Positions 50,349 to 63,921 are shown, numbered from the whole stretch's first letter. The stretch is 63,991 nt of DNA, filler included, from Octopus bimaculoides (GCF_001194135.2; 4 parts of 4 records of this genome joined end to end with filler, not necessarily neighbours in it); one strand, 5' to 3'. Notes: a model not told the origin generated them from the sequence alone. A program made the numbers and translations.

Positions 50349-51529
50349 CAGATAAATATAACGCCACTCTTCTCTGTCTTTGTTTCACTCTCAGCTTGTC
50401 TCTCTGTCTGTCTGTCTGTCTGTCTCATACTGTTTAGTTACCTCCTTTCCTTCGACTCCGCCACTGCCCTCTCCCTAGCATGAAACCCCGTCCCGCACGC
50501 CTCAATAAGGCTATAGGAGAAGCGCAGCCCACCCCTAAGCTAACCTCCTGCTGTGAATGCTTGTTAGGCGGTTAAGGTAATCGGTGCGTTTAACCACACG
50601 TTTGGACAATTCAGTGGTTAAGTAGCAATTAATGATATTTCCGTGTACCAACCTTGCTTTCCCCACTTCATTCCGCAAAAACCGCACCCACCACCACTAC
50701 CACCACTACCACCACCACCACCACCACGAACAACAACAACAACAACAACAAAATTCCACCCACCGGTACAATCATCGCCACCTCACATCCTCGAAGCACC
50801 GTACTTTCGCAGACTTATCGTGTGTCAGCATCAGCATCATCGTCATCATCATCGACGCAGTCATCATCATCGACACAGTCATCATCATCATCATCATTAT
50901 CATCTTCATCATCATCATAAGGATCATTAAAATCATATTTATATATATATANNNNNNNNNNNNNNNNNNNNNNNNNNNNNNNNNNNNNNNNNNNNNNNNN
51001 NNNNNNNNNNNNNNNNNNNNNNNNNNNNNNNNNNNNNNNNNNNNNNNNNNNNNNNNNNNNNNNNNNNNNNNNNNNNNNNNNNNNNNNNNNNNNNNNNNNN
51101 NNNNNNNNNNNNNNNNNNNNNNNNNNNNNNNNNNNNNNNNNNNNNNNNNNNNNNNNNNNNNNNNNNNNNNNNNNNNNNNNNNNNNNNNNNNNNNNNNNNN
51201 NNNNNNNNNNNNNNNNNNNNNNNNNNNNNNNNNNNNNNNNNNNNNNNNNNNNNNNNNNNNNNNNNNNNNNNNNNNNNNNNNNNNNNNNNNNNNNNNNNNN
51301 NNNNNNNNNNNNNNNNNNNNNNNNNNNNNNNNNNNNNNNNNNNNNNNNNNNNNNNNNNNNNNNNNNNNNNNNNNNNNNNNNNNNNNNNNNNNNNNNNNNN
51401 NNNNNNNNNNNNNNNNNNNNNNNNNNNNNNNNNNNCAGCCATTGTGAAATATTTCTCCTTAGATTATCGCCATTTTATTTCTGAAAAATAAAAGAACAAA
51501 TGAAATCTAAATCCATAATTATATAAAAA

Positions 51530-51593
51530 TAAATAAATAAATAAATGAATAAATAAATAAAATAATTAATAAATAATAATAATAATCATAGTA

Positions 51594-51667
<74 letters not shown>
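51530..51667. repeat. (AAT)n microsatellite
   Basis: Direct reading. Confidence 0.95.
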
Positions 51668-51668
<1 letters not shown>

Positions 51669-51836
51669 TAACATACAGAAAATTGCACTACTGGGTACTG
51701 CACATATTCTACGCAAAACACTTTCAATACAGTAAACATAAGAGCACCACAGCAAACCACAGCACATACCCAAGGCGCACAGAGCTGCGCTCGGTAGTGA
51801 AGTGAAAGCACGTTATAAAAATAAAACTACTGAACA
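51668..51836 (+). mobile_element. R4/Dong-like (RLE) LINE 3' stub
   Basis: NIQKIALLGTAHILRKTLSIQ* (51670-51735) matches the QKxxLLGTAxILR C-terminal motif; flanked by (AAT)n on both sides. Confidence 0.75.
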
Positions 51837-52117
51837 ATAATAATAATAGTAAATCTTGAAGTAAAACATTAAGAAATGCTAAAATTATTTCTTAACTTCT
51901 TTTTCCGTATATCTTCACATCTCTCTTTCTACCTCTCTCTTTCTCTTTCTTAGTCTTTCACACTTTTTTGGGGATTCCTTCTCTCGACTGTTATAAATTT
52001 GTCTGTCTCTTAGTCTTATTCTTCACTTACGTTGTCTCTTATTCTCTGACTACCATCGAGTTATCTATATATCACGATATATGTTTGAGCATGTTCTCAC
52101 CTTCGTTTTTATATATA

Positions 52118-52276
52118 TAGGAGTGGCTCTGTGGTAAGCAGCTTGCTTACCAACCACATGGTTCTGGGTTCAGTCCCACCGCGTGGCACCTTGGGTAAGT
52201 GTCTTCTACTATAGCCTCGGGCCGACTAAAGCCTTGTGAGTGGATTTGGTAGACGGAAACTGAAAGAAGCCCGTCG

Positions 52277-52308
<32 letters not shown>

Positions 52309-52440
52309 TGTGTATATGTCTGTGTGTCTGTGTTTGTCACTCCAACATTGCTTGCCAACATTGCTTGACAACCGATGCTGTTGTGTTCACGTCCCCGTAA
52401 CATTAGCGGTTCGGCAAAAGAGTCCGATAGAATAAGTACT
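52118..52440 (+). mobile_element. Family W SINE with internal microsatellite
   Basis: Head homologous to 42773; continues after (AT)n with GCTTGACAACCGATGCTG...CGGCAAAAGAG.CCGATAGAATAAGTAC. Confidence 0.9.
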
Positions 52441-53967
52441 AAGGACGGGCAAAATATCACTACGTATTTTGTCCGGCGTGCCAACGATTCTACCGACTCG
52501 CCGCTTTTATGACAAGATATAGTGACTGATAATTAATATGTAGCGTTTATAATAATTCCATTCACGCATCTGCTCCTGTTGCTTGTTAATCTCTTGTTAA
52601 TCTATCCTGGGAGTCATCTTCATTGGTTAGACTTATCTGATACATATTTTCATCTCTACTAATCTATAGTCTTTATATCACAATTATCCTTTTCTCTTAG
52701 CTTGTCTATTTGTAAGCACTCTCTAAATATTATCATTCATTTATTTATCTCGTATCGGGTATTAATGCGCCTGTCTTAGTCTACCTATCGGTACATTTCG
52801 GCGGTATCTACACCCATTACTCGATAAGTCAACTGCTAGAGCCACCTTTTCTTTCATATACAAATTCCACTTTAAACTATTGTGTCTTCACAGCACTTTC
52901 AGTTCAACACTCTTCTGATCTTAAGTAGTTTTATTGCTCTACAAATGCAGTTCCTTATTCATTTGTCCGTTATTATTCTGAATCTATGCATTTATGTTAG
53001 AATGTTATAAGTTTCCTGTTTTATCTGAAAATGAAATCAATCACGTCAACCACGGTACTGTGATAAGTATTGAACTATAATCAATAAACTGTCAGTTTAC
53101 TGGTTGTTCATTTACATTGCGATTGAAGTAGTAGTCTTACCAGAACACAATTTTATTTAGAAGATTTCATTATAGAAGTTTAATACAAGGAAGTTAATCA
53201 AAAGAGTCTGTAGGCTTTTTTTTTTTTGTTACAAATATAAAGTTCCTAATGTTCGTATACAGCCGCCGTTTCGATTTAGTTGAATCTCTTCAGTATGGAG
53301 TAACTAAAGGGGGTCAATAAGTTACATTGTAATCTTTGCAATACGAAGAGAGGGAAAACTATATTTGGCAGGAAGAGAAATATGAAGACTGTAGTACTAT
53401 TGATCAGCTTGCCTCATTTGACATTAATCATTTAAAGTATTTACTGATGGTTGGCTATAAAACCATTCATAAATATGATTCATTAAACCATAATCTATTC
53501 CTGAACGACAAAAAAATGTGCGCCTAAGTTTGTTTTATTTTTATAAAATAAGCACAAATATATGGGACTAAGTCAGAAGCGATAACTATTGTACTCATTC
53601 GGAGAACAACAGTTCTTCGGGGGGATTTCCTGGTGGGGAAACTCCAAAACAGAACTCTGAGTCCAGTCGGCATGCATTTTGCTTGCTAGGCAGAGACACT
53701 GCTTCTTACAATTAATTCTCAGTCCGCTACTCACTCTCTTTCGTTCTTTCTTTCTTTCTTTCTTTCTTTTTTCCTCTTTTTTTCTTTAACATGTTTTGTA
53801 TAAGATGCATTATGAAGCTGGCAATATCTTTTTTTGTTGTTGTTGTTTCACTCCTTAGGCTGGGTCATGTTGGCCACTTGTGTCCTATAGTTTGTGAAAA
53901 GGAAAAAAAAAAATAGAAACATTTTCTGACCACATGTTTCTATATGTTCGCCCAATTCCATTCGAAA

Positions 53968-54080
53968 CGTAGGCTCGAAACGTCAAAGGCTTTTCCATTC
54001 TTCCCGAGCGTTAAACTAGTACACCTGCTTGTTGTTCCTTTACCTCTCTTCGTATTTTGCTTTCTGTAAATTTAAACTAA
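53968..54080 (+). mobile_element. Minimal-hammerhead repeat, 5'-truncated copy 3
   Basis: CGTAGGCTCGAAACGTCAAAG (GUC triplet) with a downstream flank homologous to copies 1 and 2. Confidence 0.6.
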
Positions 54081-54474
54081 ATATATGTGTGTGTGCGTGT
54101 GTATGTGTCTATATCTGTGTATATATTCATATACATATATATATATATACATATATCTACACAGACACATACATACTTACATACATATATGCGTGTCCAT
54201 AGAACATGATTACTCTCATTACTGAACTCTTGTTTGTTCATTACGCGATATTTCTAAGAGGAAAGATTACAAGTCTGGAGACAAGCTAGAAGGAACAGCC
54301 AAATCCCCTCCAAACTCTGTGCTACCACCATCGAAATTAAACACAACTGGCACGTTATTCAATATACGACTTATACACAACATATACGTCATATACACTT
54401 CCTTTATGAAAGCTGAGTCAGGGCTAAACAACAACAACAGCCAACGGCAACAACAGCATCAACATAACGATCAT

Positions 54475-54526
54475 GATCCCCTTCCTCCTCCTCCTCCTCC
54501 TCCTCATCATCATCATCATCAGCACC

Positions 54527-54560
<34 letters not shown>

Positions 54561-54686
54561 TCGTCATCGTCGTCATCATCATCATCATCATCATCATCAT
54601 GACCATCAACATCATCGTCATCATCATCGTCATCATCATCTTCATCATCATCACCACCGTCGTCATCCCCACCTCCGTCGTCGTCG

Positions 54687-54748
<62 letters not shown>

Positions 54749-54750
54749 TA
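54475..54750. repeat. (CAT)n-rich trinucleotide tract
   Basis: Direct reading. Confidence 0.95.
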
Positions 54751-57154
54751 CAACAAGAACAACAACCGTGACTCTCTCTATTCTACAACAATTGCACCAT
54801 CGCATGCGTCGTCATCAAAGCACAACTTTCTCGTTGTTCCTATTGTTTCTTTCTCACCGACCAGAGCCTTGATGTTGTTCTTGTCATCGTCATCGTCATC
54901 GCCGTGGTCGTCGTGGTGATCGTCGTCGTCATTATTGTTGTTGTTGTTTTTGCTGTCATCATCATTGATGTTCCTGTCTCCATGTCCATCCATCCACCCC
55001 CACCCCCCACCCTTTGCTCATCAATCCCCATNNNNNNNNNNNNNNNNNNNNNNNNNNNNNNNNNNNNNNNNNNNNNNNNNNNNNNNNNNNNNNNNNNNNN
55101 NNNNNNNNNNNNNNNNNNNNNNNNNNNNNNNNNNNNNNNNNNNNNNNNNNNNNNNNNNNNNNNNNNNNNNNNNNNNNNNNNNNNNNNNNNNNNNNNNNNN
55201 NNNNNNNNNNNNNNNNNNNNNNNNNNNNNNNNNNNNNNNNNNNNNNNNNNNNNNNNNNNNNNNNNNNNNNNNNNNNNNNNNNNNNNNNNNNNNNNNNNNN
55301 NNNNNNNNNNNNNNNNNNNNNNNNNNNNNNNNNNNNNNNNNNNNNNNNNNNNNNNNNNNNNNNNNNNNNNNNNNNNNNNNNNNNNNNNNNNNNNNNNNNN
55401 NNNNNNNNNNNNNNNNNNNNNNNNNNNNNNNNNNNNNNNNNNNNNNNNNNNNNNNNNNNNNNNNNNNNNNNNNNNNNNNNNNNNNNNNNNNNNNNNNNNN
55501 NNNNNNNNNNNNNNNNNNNNNNNNNNNNNNNNNNNNNNNNNNNNNNNNNNNNNNNNNNNNNNNNNNNNNNNNNNNNNNNNNNNNNNNNNNNNNNNNNNNN
55601 NNNNNNNNNNNNNNNNNNNNNNNNNNNNNNNNNNNNNNNNNNNNNNNNNNNNNNNNNNNNNNNNNNNNNNNNNNNNNNNNNNNNNNNNNNNNNNNNNNNN
55701 NNNNNNNNNNNNNNNNNNNNNNNNNNNNNNNNNNNNNNNNNNNNNNNNNNNNNNNNNNNNNNNNNNNNNNNNNNNNNNNNNNNNNNNNNNNNNNNNNNNN
55801 NNNNNNNNNNNNNNNNNNNNNNNNNNNNNNNNNNNNNNNNNNNNNNNNNNNNNNNTATATATATATATATATGTGCATATATATTTATATATATACATAC
55901 GTGTGTGCATGTATATATATGCACATGTATGCGCATATATATACGTGTGTGTGTGTGTGTATGTGTGTGTGTAAGTGTGTGCCTGTATTCACACACATAA
56001 ACCCGTGACTGTAAACGTATCCACATGTGCATAACTATAGCGGTGCACATTCACGGCGCTCGGTATTTGAGAATGTCTTGGGTTACATAGAAACGGCGCA
56101 GGAATTGTGAGCGGTGCACGGAGGAGGGCGTAGGTATGATTCTCAGGAATGGTTAAGGATGTTTTACGTAGGAGACACATGGTGAGATATGTGTGTTTGA
56201 GTGTGTCGGAGCGGAGTGTTGAGTGTGTACATGAAACAGCGCAAAGAGCGCAGAGTAATGTACAGAACAATGTGTGATTGTGTATTTTTTTCTGTGTTTA
56301 TATGTAAGTGTGAGCATGTATATATGTATATACGTATGTCTTTGTATGTGTGTGTGTGTTTATGTATGTGTATATGTTCGTATGTATGTAAGCAAGCATG
56401 CATATATGTATGTATGTGTATATATATTGTATATTATATANNNNNNNNNNNNNNNNNNNNNNNNNNNNNNNNNNNNNNNNNNNNNNNNNNNNNNNNNNNN
56501 NNNNNNNNNNNNNNNNNNNNNNNNNNNNNNNNNNNNNNNNNNNNNNNNNNNNNNNNNNNNNNNNNNNNNNNNNNNNNNNNNNNNNNNNNNNNNNNNNNNN
56601 NNNNNNNNNNNNNNNNNNNNNNNNNNNNNNNNNNNNNNNNNNNNNNNNNNNNNNNNNNNNNNNNNNNNNNNNNNNNNNNNNNNNNNNNNNNNNNNNNNNN
56701 NNNNNNNNNNNNNNNNNNNNNNNNNNNNNNNNNNNNNNNNNNNNNNNNNNNNNNNATATATATTATATCATATATACATATATATATATTATATATTATA
56801 TATATATATGTATTATAGATTATATATACATATATATATATATATTATATATTATATATACATATACATACGTACAAATACACACACACACACACACGCA
56901 TATCCGCACATATATAGCATGCATACGTATGACAAATTCCATTTCACTACTTGAGGATGATGGATTCGTTTTTCGAATGAGTCTGAAAAGATGATTGTGC
57001 GTTTGGGAGCGGCGATAGAAAGTTTGAAAATCTAGAAGAATTGGTCTTTCTCGTCGTTTAGGCAATGCTTTACTAGCGTGCTGGTTTCAGAGTGACAAAT
57101 CTATAGTAAACATCGAAATGATACAATTCCTAAGAATTGGCTTCAATTCCAATA

Positions 57155-57237
<83 letters not shown>

Positions 57238-57384
57238 CTCTCCTTCTCTGTCTCTCTTTCTCTCTTCGTTTTTGTTCCTGCTTCGCGTGTTTGGTAAATA
57301 TTTCCAGAAACGATATACATGATGACGTTGAGTATAACACGGAGGGAAGGAATGATGTAGAAAGATGAGATGGGAAAAAGGAAT

Positions 57385-57417
<33 letters not shown>

Positions 57418-57974
57418 AAAAGAAAAAGAGAGAGAGAAGCGAAGAGGAAATACGTGTGTGAGACAAGAGATAGACAGAATGAGAAATGGGGAGAGAATTG
57501 GATGGAATTGTATCTGGGAACGGGTGTATAATGAAGTAGAGGCTAAAATTCCACGAAATTGGATATTTTCGCGTGGTGGATAGTGCATGAAAACACGAAC
57601 ATGGACTCGCACATATACACACATCACATATACACACACGCATACACGTATACATATATACCACAGGTGAACGCATGCAGGCATACACACACACACACAA
57701 ATAAATGTAAATCTGTATGGAACTTTAAAACGATGGTTCTTGATGTGGGGGCGGGGTCTACATAAGACTTTGCTGTTTAAATTTTTCTGCGATACATAGG
57801 TTATACTTCAACAGTCCACATAGTATTTTTACAATTGTCTTTCTTATACAATTCTTAACATTTAATTCTAATAGTATAATAGGATTATAAAACCATCAAA
57901 TGGCTATGGAGCTCCAGTAGAGTTAAACTGGAAGCAAAGGGGATCACGGATAAAAAAATTGATTGAGAATTACT

Positions 57975-58200
57975 GCTGTAACAATGCAAGGGTTCCCTGC
58001 TTGGGTTTTCGAATAACTTTCAATGCCAAGACTTGGTGCATACCCTTCCAGAATCTTTCAGACATACATTATCGCATATCATATCCAACCTCATTCGAGC
58101 GTACTCAGCCATAACTTGTCAAATTTTCGCAGTGGCTGATCTATTGCAATGATACAGTTTTCTTGTGAAGCTGCGTTAGACTGCTTCAAGTTCTGACATT
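57975..58200 (-). mobile_element. CR1/L2-like LINE 3' ORF fragment
   Basis: ELEAV*RSFTRK ... IMYV*KILEGYAPSLGIESY resembles the LEAVQRxFT...YxWKILEG motif. Confidence 0.6.
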
Positions 58201-58263
58201 AATTTTATACTATATGTATGTATATATGTATACCTGAATATACGCCCAATGTATATATGTGTC

Positions 58264-58303
<40 letters not shown>

Positions 58304-59338
58304 TGTGTGTGTGTGTTTCTGTGCGTATGTGGATGTGTATGCATGTACGTCTAGAAATGTAGGTGAACCTATGCATGCATGTATGTATATATGTATGAAT
58401 GTATATATGTATAGTGAGAGATGCAGATAGTGATAAATATAGAAAGAATGGGAAAGATTAAACATAAAAGGTGTTGTGAAGGCGAAAGGAACCAGTGGAA
58501 GAGGAATATGGAGATGTCTTCACAGAGAGTAACGAGGAAACACCACAGTAACAGAATGATGTATATGGAATATTGATGTTATTGCTTATATACATATACA
58601 ATCATATATACATACATACATACATACATATATATATATATGCATATATGTAATTATATACACATATATTTTGCAGTTGNNNNNNNNNNNNNNNNNNNNN
58701 NNNNNNNNNNNNNNNNNNNNNNNNNNNNNNNNNNNNNNNNNNNNNNNNNNNNNNNNNNNNNNNNNNNNNNNNNNNNNNNNNNNNNNNNNNNNNNNNNNNN
58801 NNNNNNNNNNNNNNNNNNNNNNNNNNNNNNNNNNNNNNNNNNNNNNNNNNNNNNNNNNNNNNNNNNNNNNNNNNNNNNNNNNNNNNNNNNNNNNNNNNNN
58901 NNNNNNNNNNNNNNNNNNNNNNNNNNNNNNNNNNNNNNNNNNNNNNNNNNNNNNNNNNNNNNNNNNNNNNNNNNNNNNNNNNNNNNNNNNNNNNNNNNNN
59001 NNNNNNNNNNNNNNNNNNNNNNNNNNNNNNNNNNNNNNNNNNNNNNNNNNNNNNNNNNNNNNNNNNNNNNNNNNNNNNNNNNNNNNNNNNNNNNNNNNNN
59101 NNNNNNNNNNNNNNNNNNNNNNNNNNNNNNNNNNNNNNNNNNNNNNNNNNNNNNNNNNNNNNNNNNNNNNNNNNNNNNNNNNNNNNNNNNNNNNNNNNNN
59201 NNNNNNNNNNNNNNNNNNNNNNNNNNNNNNNNNNNNNNNNNNNNNNNNNNNNNNNNNNNNNNNNNNNNNNNNNNNNNNNNNNNNNNNNNNNNNNNNNNNN
59301 NNNNNNNNNNNGTCTACATTATTACCAGCCCACCAACC

Positions 59339-59370
<32 letters not shown>

Positions 59371-59917
59371 CAACAAATCGACCATCCCATGCACAATCCC
59401 ATTACAGAACAACCACCATGATCGCCACCACCACCACCACCACCACCACCACCAGCAACAACAACAACAACAACAACAAAGACATCACCACCAATAAAAA
59501 CAATAACAACAACTGCACGAACATCAACAGCAACAACAACAACAACAACATCAATGGTACCAGTTACTACAGCAAGACTAATCAAGCGGAAACTACAATA
59601 TCTCTTAGGAAGGTTTCACTATTCACTTTCCGCCATTACAATCTTTCATTCTAACTTCTGCCTCGTTTTACAGCTTCGTCTGATGGTCCATTCTAAACAA
59701 ACCCAGTGCCGCTCGTTTTAACCTTTCACTCGTTTACTATCCGAAATATTGAAAACATATCATAATAATTGACAGGATATTTCTTCAAAAGTTCTTTATT
59801 TTTTTATTCATATATTCATTTATTTATTTATTCATTTATTTATTTATTTATTTATTAGGTTTCTTTGTAACGTCATTTTTTTCTCTCTCGTTTATTTTTC
59901 TCTTGTTTTGTACATAT

Positions 59918-60252
59918 TTGTGGCACTCCGTCGGTTACGACGAAGAGGGTTCCTTCCAGTTGATCCGATCAACGGAAACAGCTTGCTCGTGAAATTAACG
60001 TGCAAGTGGCTGAGCACTCCACAGACACGTGTAACCTTAATGTAGTTCTCGGTGGTGAGATTCAGGGTGACACAGTGTATGACAAGACTGGCCCCTTTGA
60101 AATACTGGAACAACAGAAACAGGAAGAATGAGTGAGAGAAAGATGTGGTGAAAGTGTACTGCAGGGTTCGCCATCACCCTCTGCTGCAGCCTCGTGGAAC
60201 TTTAGGGTTTCGCATAATAAACAATCACAACGCCCGGTCTGGGAATCGAAAT
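59918..60252 (-). mobile_element. SINE (head X + tail P), truncated at the B box
   Basis: Collinear with 2590-2918. Confidence 0.9.
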
Positions 60253-60339
60253 GTAGGTCATATATCAGCGAGTGTATATAAAGATTGACTTTTCGTAATG
60301 AGATAAAAAAAAAAAAAACAAGGCTGTGTAGATTTCAGA

Positions 60340-60560
60340 ACGTTTATAAATAGAAGGTCTAACAGCTGCTTCCAGGATATTTATTATATCCCTTCATCGG
60401 AGACGGTGTGAGAAGATGATTAAGCAATATTTAATTTAGATAAGATACGAAATACAGAGTGAAGTGGAGGAACGAAAATAGATGTGAGATATGCAGGGAT
60501 ATTGTATTTATAGATCCATTTTTTTTAGGCAGAATGGTATACATATAAGATTCCAATACC
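60340..60560 (-). mobile_element. Solo copy of the PLE pLTR with a mutated hammerhead
   Basis: Homologous to 40430-40650. Minus strand 60404-60357 reads GTCT-CCGATGA-AG-GGATAT(AATAA)ATATCC-TG-GAAGC-AGCT-GTT|AGAC. Confidence 0.75.
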
Positions 60561-60632
60561 TTATGAGTAAAATCCAATAGTCTTTAAAATTGGTCATTCC
60601 AAGTGTATATTTATACTTGGAATGACCAATTT

Positions 60633-60663
<31 letters not shown>

Positions 60664-60683
60664 GTGTTTATATATTTTATATA

Positions 60684-60745
<62 letters not shown>

Positions 60746-61775
60746 ACACGCACATCTGTAACCATACCTATGTATGTGTATGCGTGTGTGTTTGTGTGTC
60801 TGTGTATCTATATATCATTTGCAATCTTGTGTAGTTACGTATAATTGTGGTATAGTAATATGAATATGCTGTGTGCCTGTGAATTTGTACGATAACACAT
60901 GCGCATTGTTCAGTCTATCAGGAGACTGCAACAGAGATAGGATCACGTGATTCATGAAGGATTAATTGAAACTTCTCTCACGGAACAAAGATAATTAGAA
61001 CGATATGTTAATGGCGGTTGGCAAAAACGATAGCGAAAACGTCGTAAAGCATGATGGGAAATGAAATAGAAGCAGGTTATATTGCTTTCAGTTGGAATGT
61101 AGATAGAGGTAGTGTTGACTGGATGGAAAATGTAAGAGAAAATAGCAGTAAAAGTGATACAATACCAAGATAAGAAAATAAATGGATGAGAGGAAAAAGT
61201 AAAAATATAAATATATCGAACATGTCATTTCAAATATTCCAGCCCATTTCTCTTCCTTTAACACTTATTCTCCAACTCATCGTTATTTTATCCCAACCAC
61301 TCTTTCACTTTCTCAATGAAATTCTCTCAAACTCTTTCATTTTCGTTCTTAGTCACGCTCTCGTCGTATTTCCGTTTCTGTGTTTTCGCGCCTACTCGTT
61401 ACTCTTCTTTCATTTTCTCTCTACTCTCCTTCTGCCAGTCGCTTTTTGCTCCCTCTCATCCCACTNNNNNNNNNNNNNNNNNNNNNNNNNNNNNNNNNNN
61501 NNNNNNNNNNNNNNNNNNNNNNNNNNNNNNNNNNNNNNNNNNNNNNNNNNNNNNNNNNNNNNNNNNNNNNNNNNNNCGCTAATAATTTCCGGTTTATAGT
61601 ATCGAAATACATTCTGACCAACGAGAATCGAGAATATGTCCAGTGCAGAAAAGTAAACGACAGTAAAAACGTTGATCTTGTGACCTCATCAACGACTCGC
61701 AGACCAATGCTGTGGTCTGCGAGCGCCGGCCAAACTTAGTATTTGCTTATTCGATAGCAACGACGACGACGACGC

Positions 61776-61795
61776 CGAAGAAGAAGAAGAAGAAG

Positions 61796-61826
<31 letters not shown>

Positions 61827-62079
61827 GGAGGTAGAGGGGGAGGGGAGGAGGAAAAGAAGAAGAAGTAGAAGAAGAAGAAGAAGAAGAAGAAGAAGAAGAA
61901 GAAGAAGGGGAGGAAGAGAAGAAGAAGAAAAAGAAGAAGAAGGAGAAGAAGGAGAAGAAGAAGGAGAAGAAGGAGAAGAAGAAGGAGGAGAATAAGAATA
62001 AGAAGGAGGAGGAGAAGAAGAAGGAGAAGAAGAAGAAGAAGAAGAAGAAGGAGGAGAAAGAGAAGAAGAAGAAGAAGAA

Positions 62080-62111
<32 letters not shown>

Positions 62112-62262
62112 AGAAAAAGAAGAAGAAGAAGGAGGAGGAGAAGAAGAAGAAGGAGAGAAAGAAGAAGAAGGAGGAGGAGAAAGAGAAGAAGAAGAAGAAG
62201 GGGAAGAAGAAGAAAAAGAAGAAGAAGAAGGAGGAGGAGAAGAAGAAGAAGGAGAGAAAGAA
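61776..62262. repeat. (GAA/GGA)n purine tract
   Basis: Direct reading. Confidence 0.95.
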
Positions 62263-62530
62263 NNNNNNNNNNNNNNNNNNNNNNNNNNNNNNNNNNNNNN
62301 NNNNNNTTAATTAATTAANNNNNNNNNNNNNNNNNNNNNNNNNNNNNNNNNNNNNNNNNNNNCAAATGTGAATGGGTTATTGATCATCTTTTTCATTGGG
62401 ATATCGTCTTTCATCACCCACCGCGGGGTCCAGTCCTTGCTGTGGTATTATGGTTAGTGTGCCCCAGTGACCCTCAGAGCTATACCAGTAAAGCGTAAGC
62501 TCCTGGCTGGGCCTCGTATCCTGGACAAGT

Positions 62531-62633
62531 CAGAGGGTCGCGGTGAGAGGGTTGAGGTGAGAGGGTTGAGGTGAGAGGCTTGAGATCAGAGGGTCGAGGT
62601 CAGAGAGTTATGGTCAGAGGGTGGAGGTCAGAG
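62531..62633. repeat. 14-bp minisatellite, about 7 copies (SAGAGGGTYGAGGT)
   Basis: Direct reading; follows a segment (62440-62530) resembling an RTE-type LINE 5' UTR. Confidence 0.85.
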
Positions 62634-62855
62634 TAATATGGACCACATCTATCCAAATTTAAAAATTGGGTTTAAGTAGGATCAATTTTCCTATCTAGAA
62701 AAAAAGCCAAATTTTAGAATCACCGATGACAGTTCATAACCAATAAGGCCTGAGAGAGGGAGGCTTTCTCTCAGTGACTGGCCGGAGTCGAGAATAGTGG
62801 ACAAAAGTCAGAGATGGTCCATGTTCTTATAGAGAGAAAGGGTTTAAGTAAGTAT

Positions 62856-62990
62856 GTCACCCATCACGAGTTTGTTCAAATTGTGCAGACGCTCAAATAT
62901 GAGTTTTGCTTGGAAGGCATGAGGCGTTTGTAAGAAATAGTGCTGAAGAAAAGGCCTAAGGAATGGACAAACGCGTCTTTTATTTTATTT
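62856..62990 (+). pseudogene. Mariner transposase fragment
   Basis: VTHHEFVQIVQTLKYEFCLEGMRRL*EIVLKKRPKEW matches IVHHEFVPxGQTVNxxFYLEVLRRLREAVRRKRP. Confidence 0.8.
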
Positions 62991-63488
62991 CAACGTCGAT
63001 AGAATAAAAATGAGACGAAGAGAAAACAATTTATACAAATATTGAACAGCGAAAGAGTAAAGAATAATTATTAAAATATGATAATTATTCCAATATTAAA
63101 TCAATATGAACGAAAAATAAATAATAAACACAAATATTTGGAATAAATAAATGCTGCACCACGACAGGACACCTACATACATCATATCCATACCGTTTTG
63201 CAAAGGCATAATTATTGTTCCTTATTGCCCTTCCATGTGGACACCTGAAACACTTTCCTCTTGTTGGCAAAGTAGATATCCACCACGAAAGGCCACCGAT
63301 TTCAGACGACAGAAAAGATTAAAGTAAATTTGTTACGAATTCTGCGCGCTCTTCCAGAAAAACATGTTCCAGGACAACCTTTAAAACTGGACAAACTGGT
63401 GCATATATGAAGAAACCAAACCGAGCAAATTATAAGTGAAGCAATAAACTGTTTTATTTTAAAGTTCGGTTTTCCTTTTAGACACAGG

Positions 63489-63680
63489 TACGACGCGATG
63501 CTGAAAAGTTCCTGACTATAAAAGTATTCCGAGTTTTTTACAGGACTTAGAAAAACTGAAGGACTGCTGCAATAAGTGCGTGAATCTGAGAAGGGAGTAT
63601 GTTGAATAAAACCATAATTAACTGATCCTCCTGTATTTTCTTTTACTTAATGCCAGGAATATTTTAGCACTACCTCAATA
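63489..63680 (+). mobile_element. Mariner-derived MITE
   Basis: TIRs TACGACGCGATGCTGAAAAGTTCCTGAC / GCCAGGAATATTTTAGCACTACCTCAATA; interior encodes ...LEKLKDCCNKCVNLRREYVE*. Confidence 0.8.
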
Positions 63681-63801
63681 TGTAATAATGGATGGTGTGT
63701 ATGTACATACATATCAACACGTGCACAAATATGTATATGTATATGCATACGTATATACGTATATATGTGTGTATGTATACATCTATCTATCTATCTATCT
63801 G

Positions 63802-63848
<47 letters not shown>

Positions 63849-63921
63849 GTCTGTCTATCTGTCTGTCTGTCTGTCTGTCTGTTGTCTATCTGCCTGTCTG
63901 TCTGTCTATCTATCTATCTAT

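Noticed and set aside
53610-53665. Hairpin GGATTTCC/GGAAACTCC followed by AAAACAG
   Set aside because: Lacks the CUGANGA core, so it cannot be called a hammerhead.
56101-56114. 14-nt match to the lac operator region (GGAATTGTGAGCGG)
   Set aside because: The second half of lacO and any flanking vector sequence are absent; treated as coincidence.
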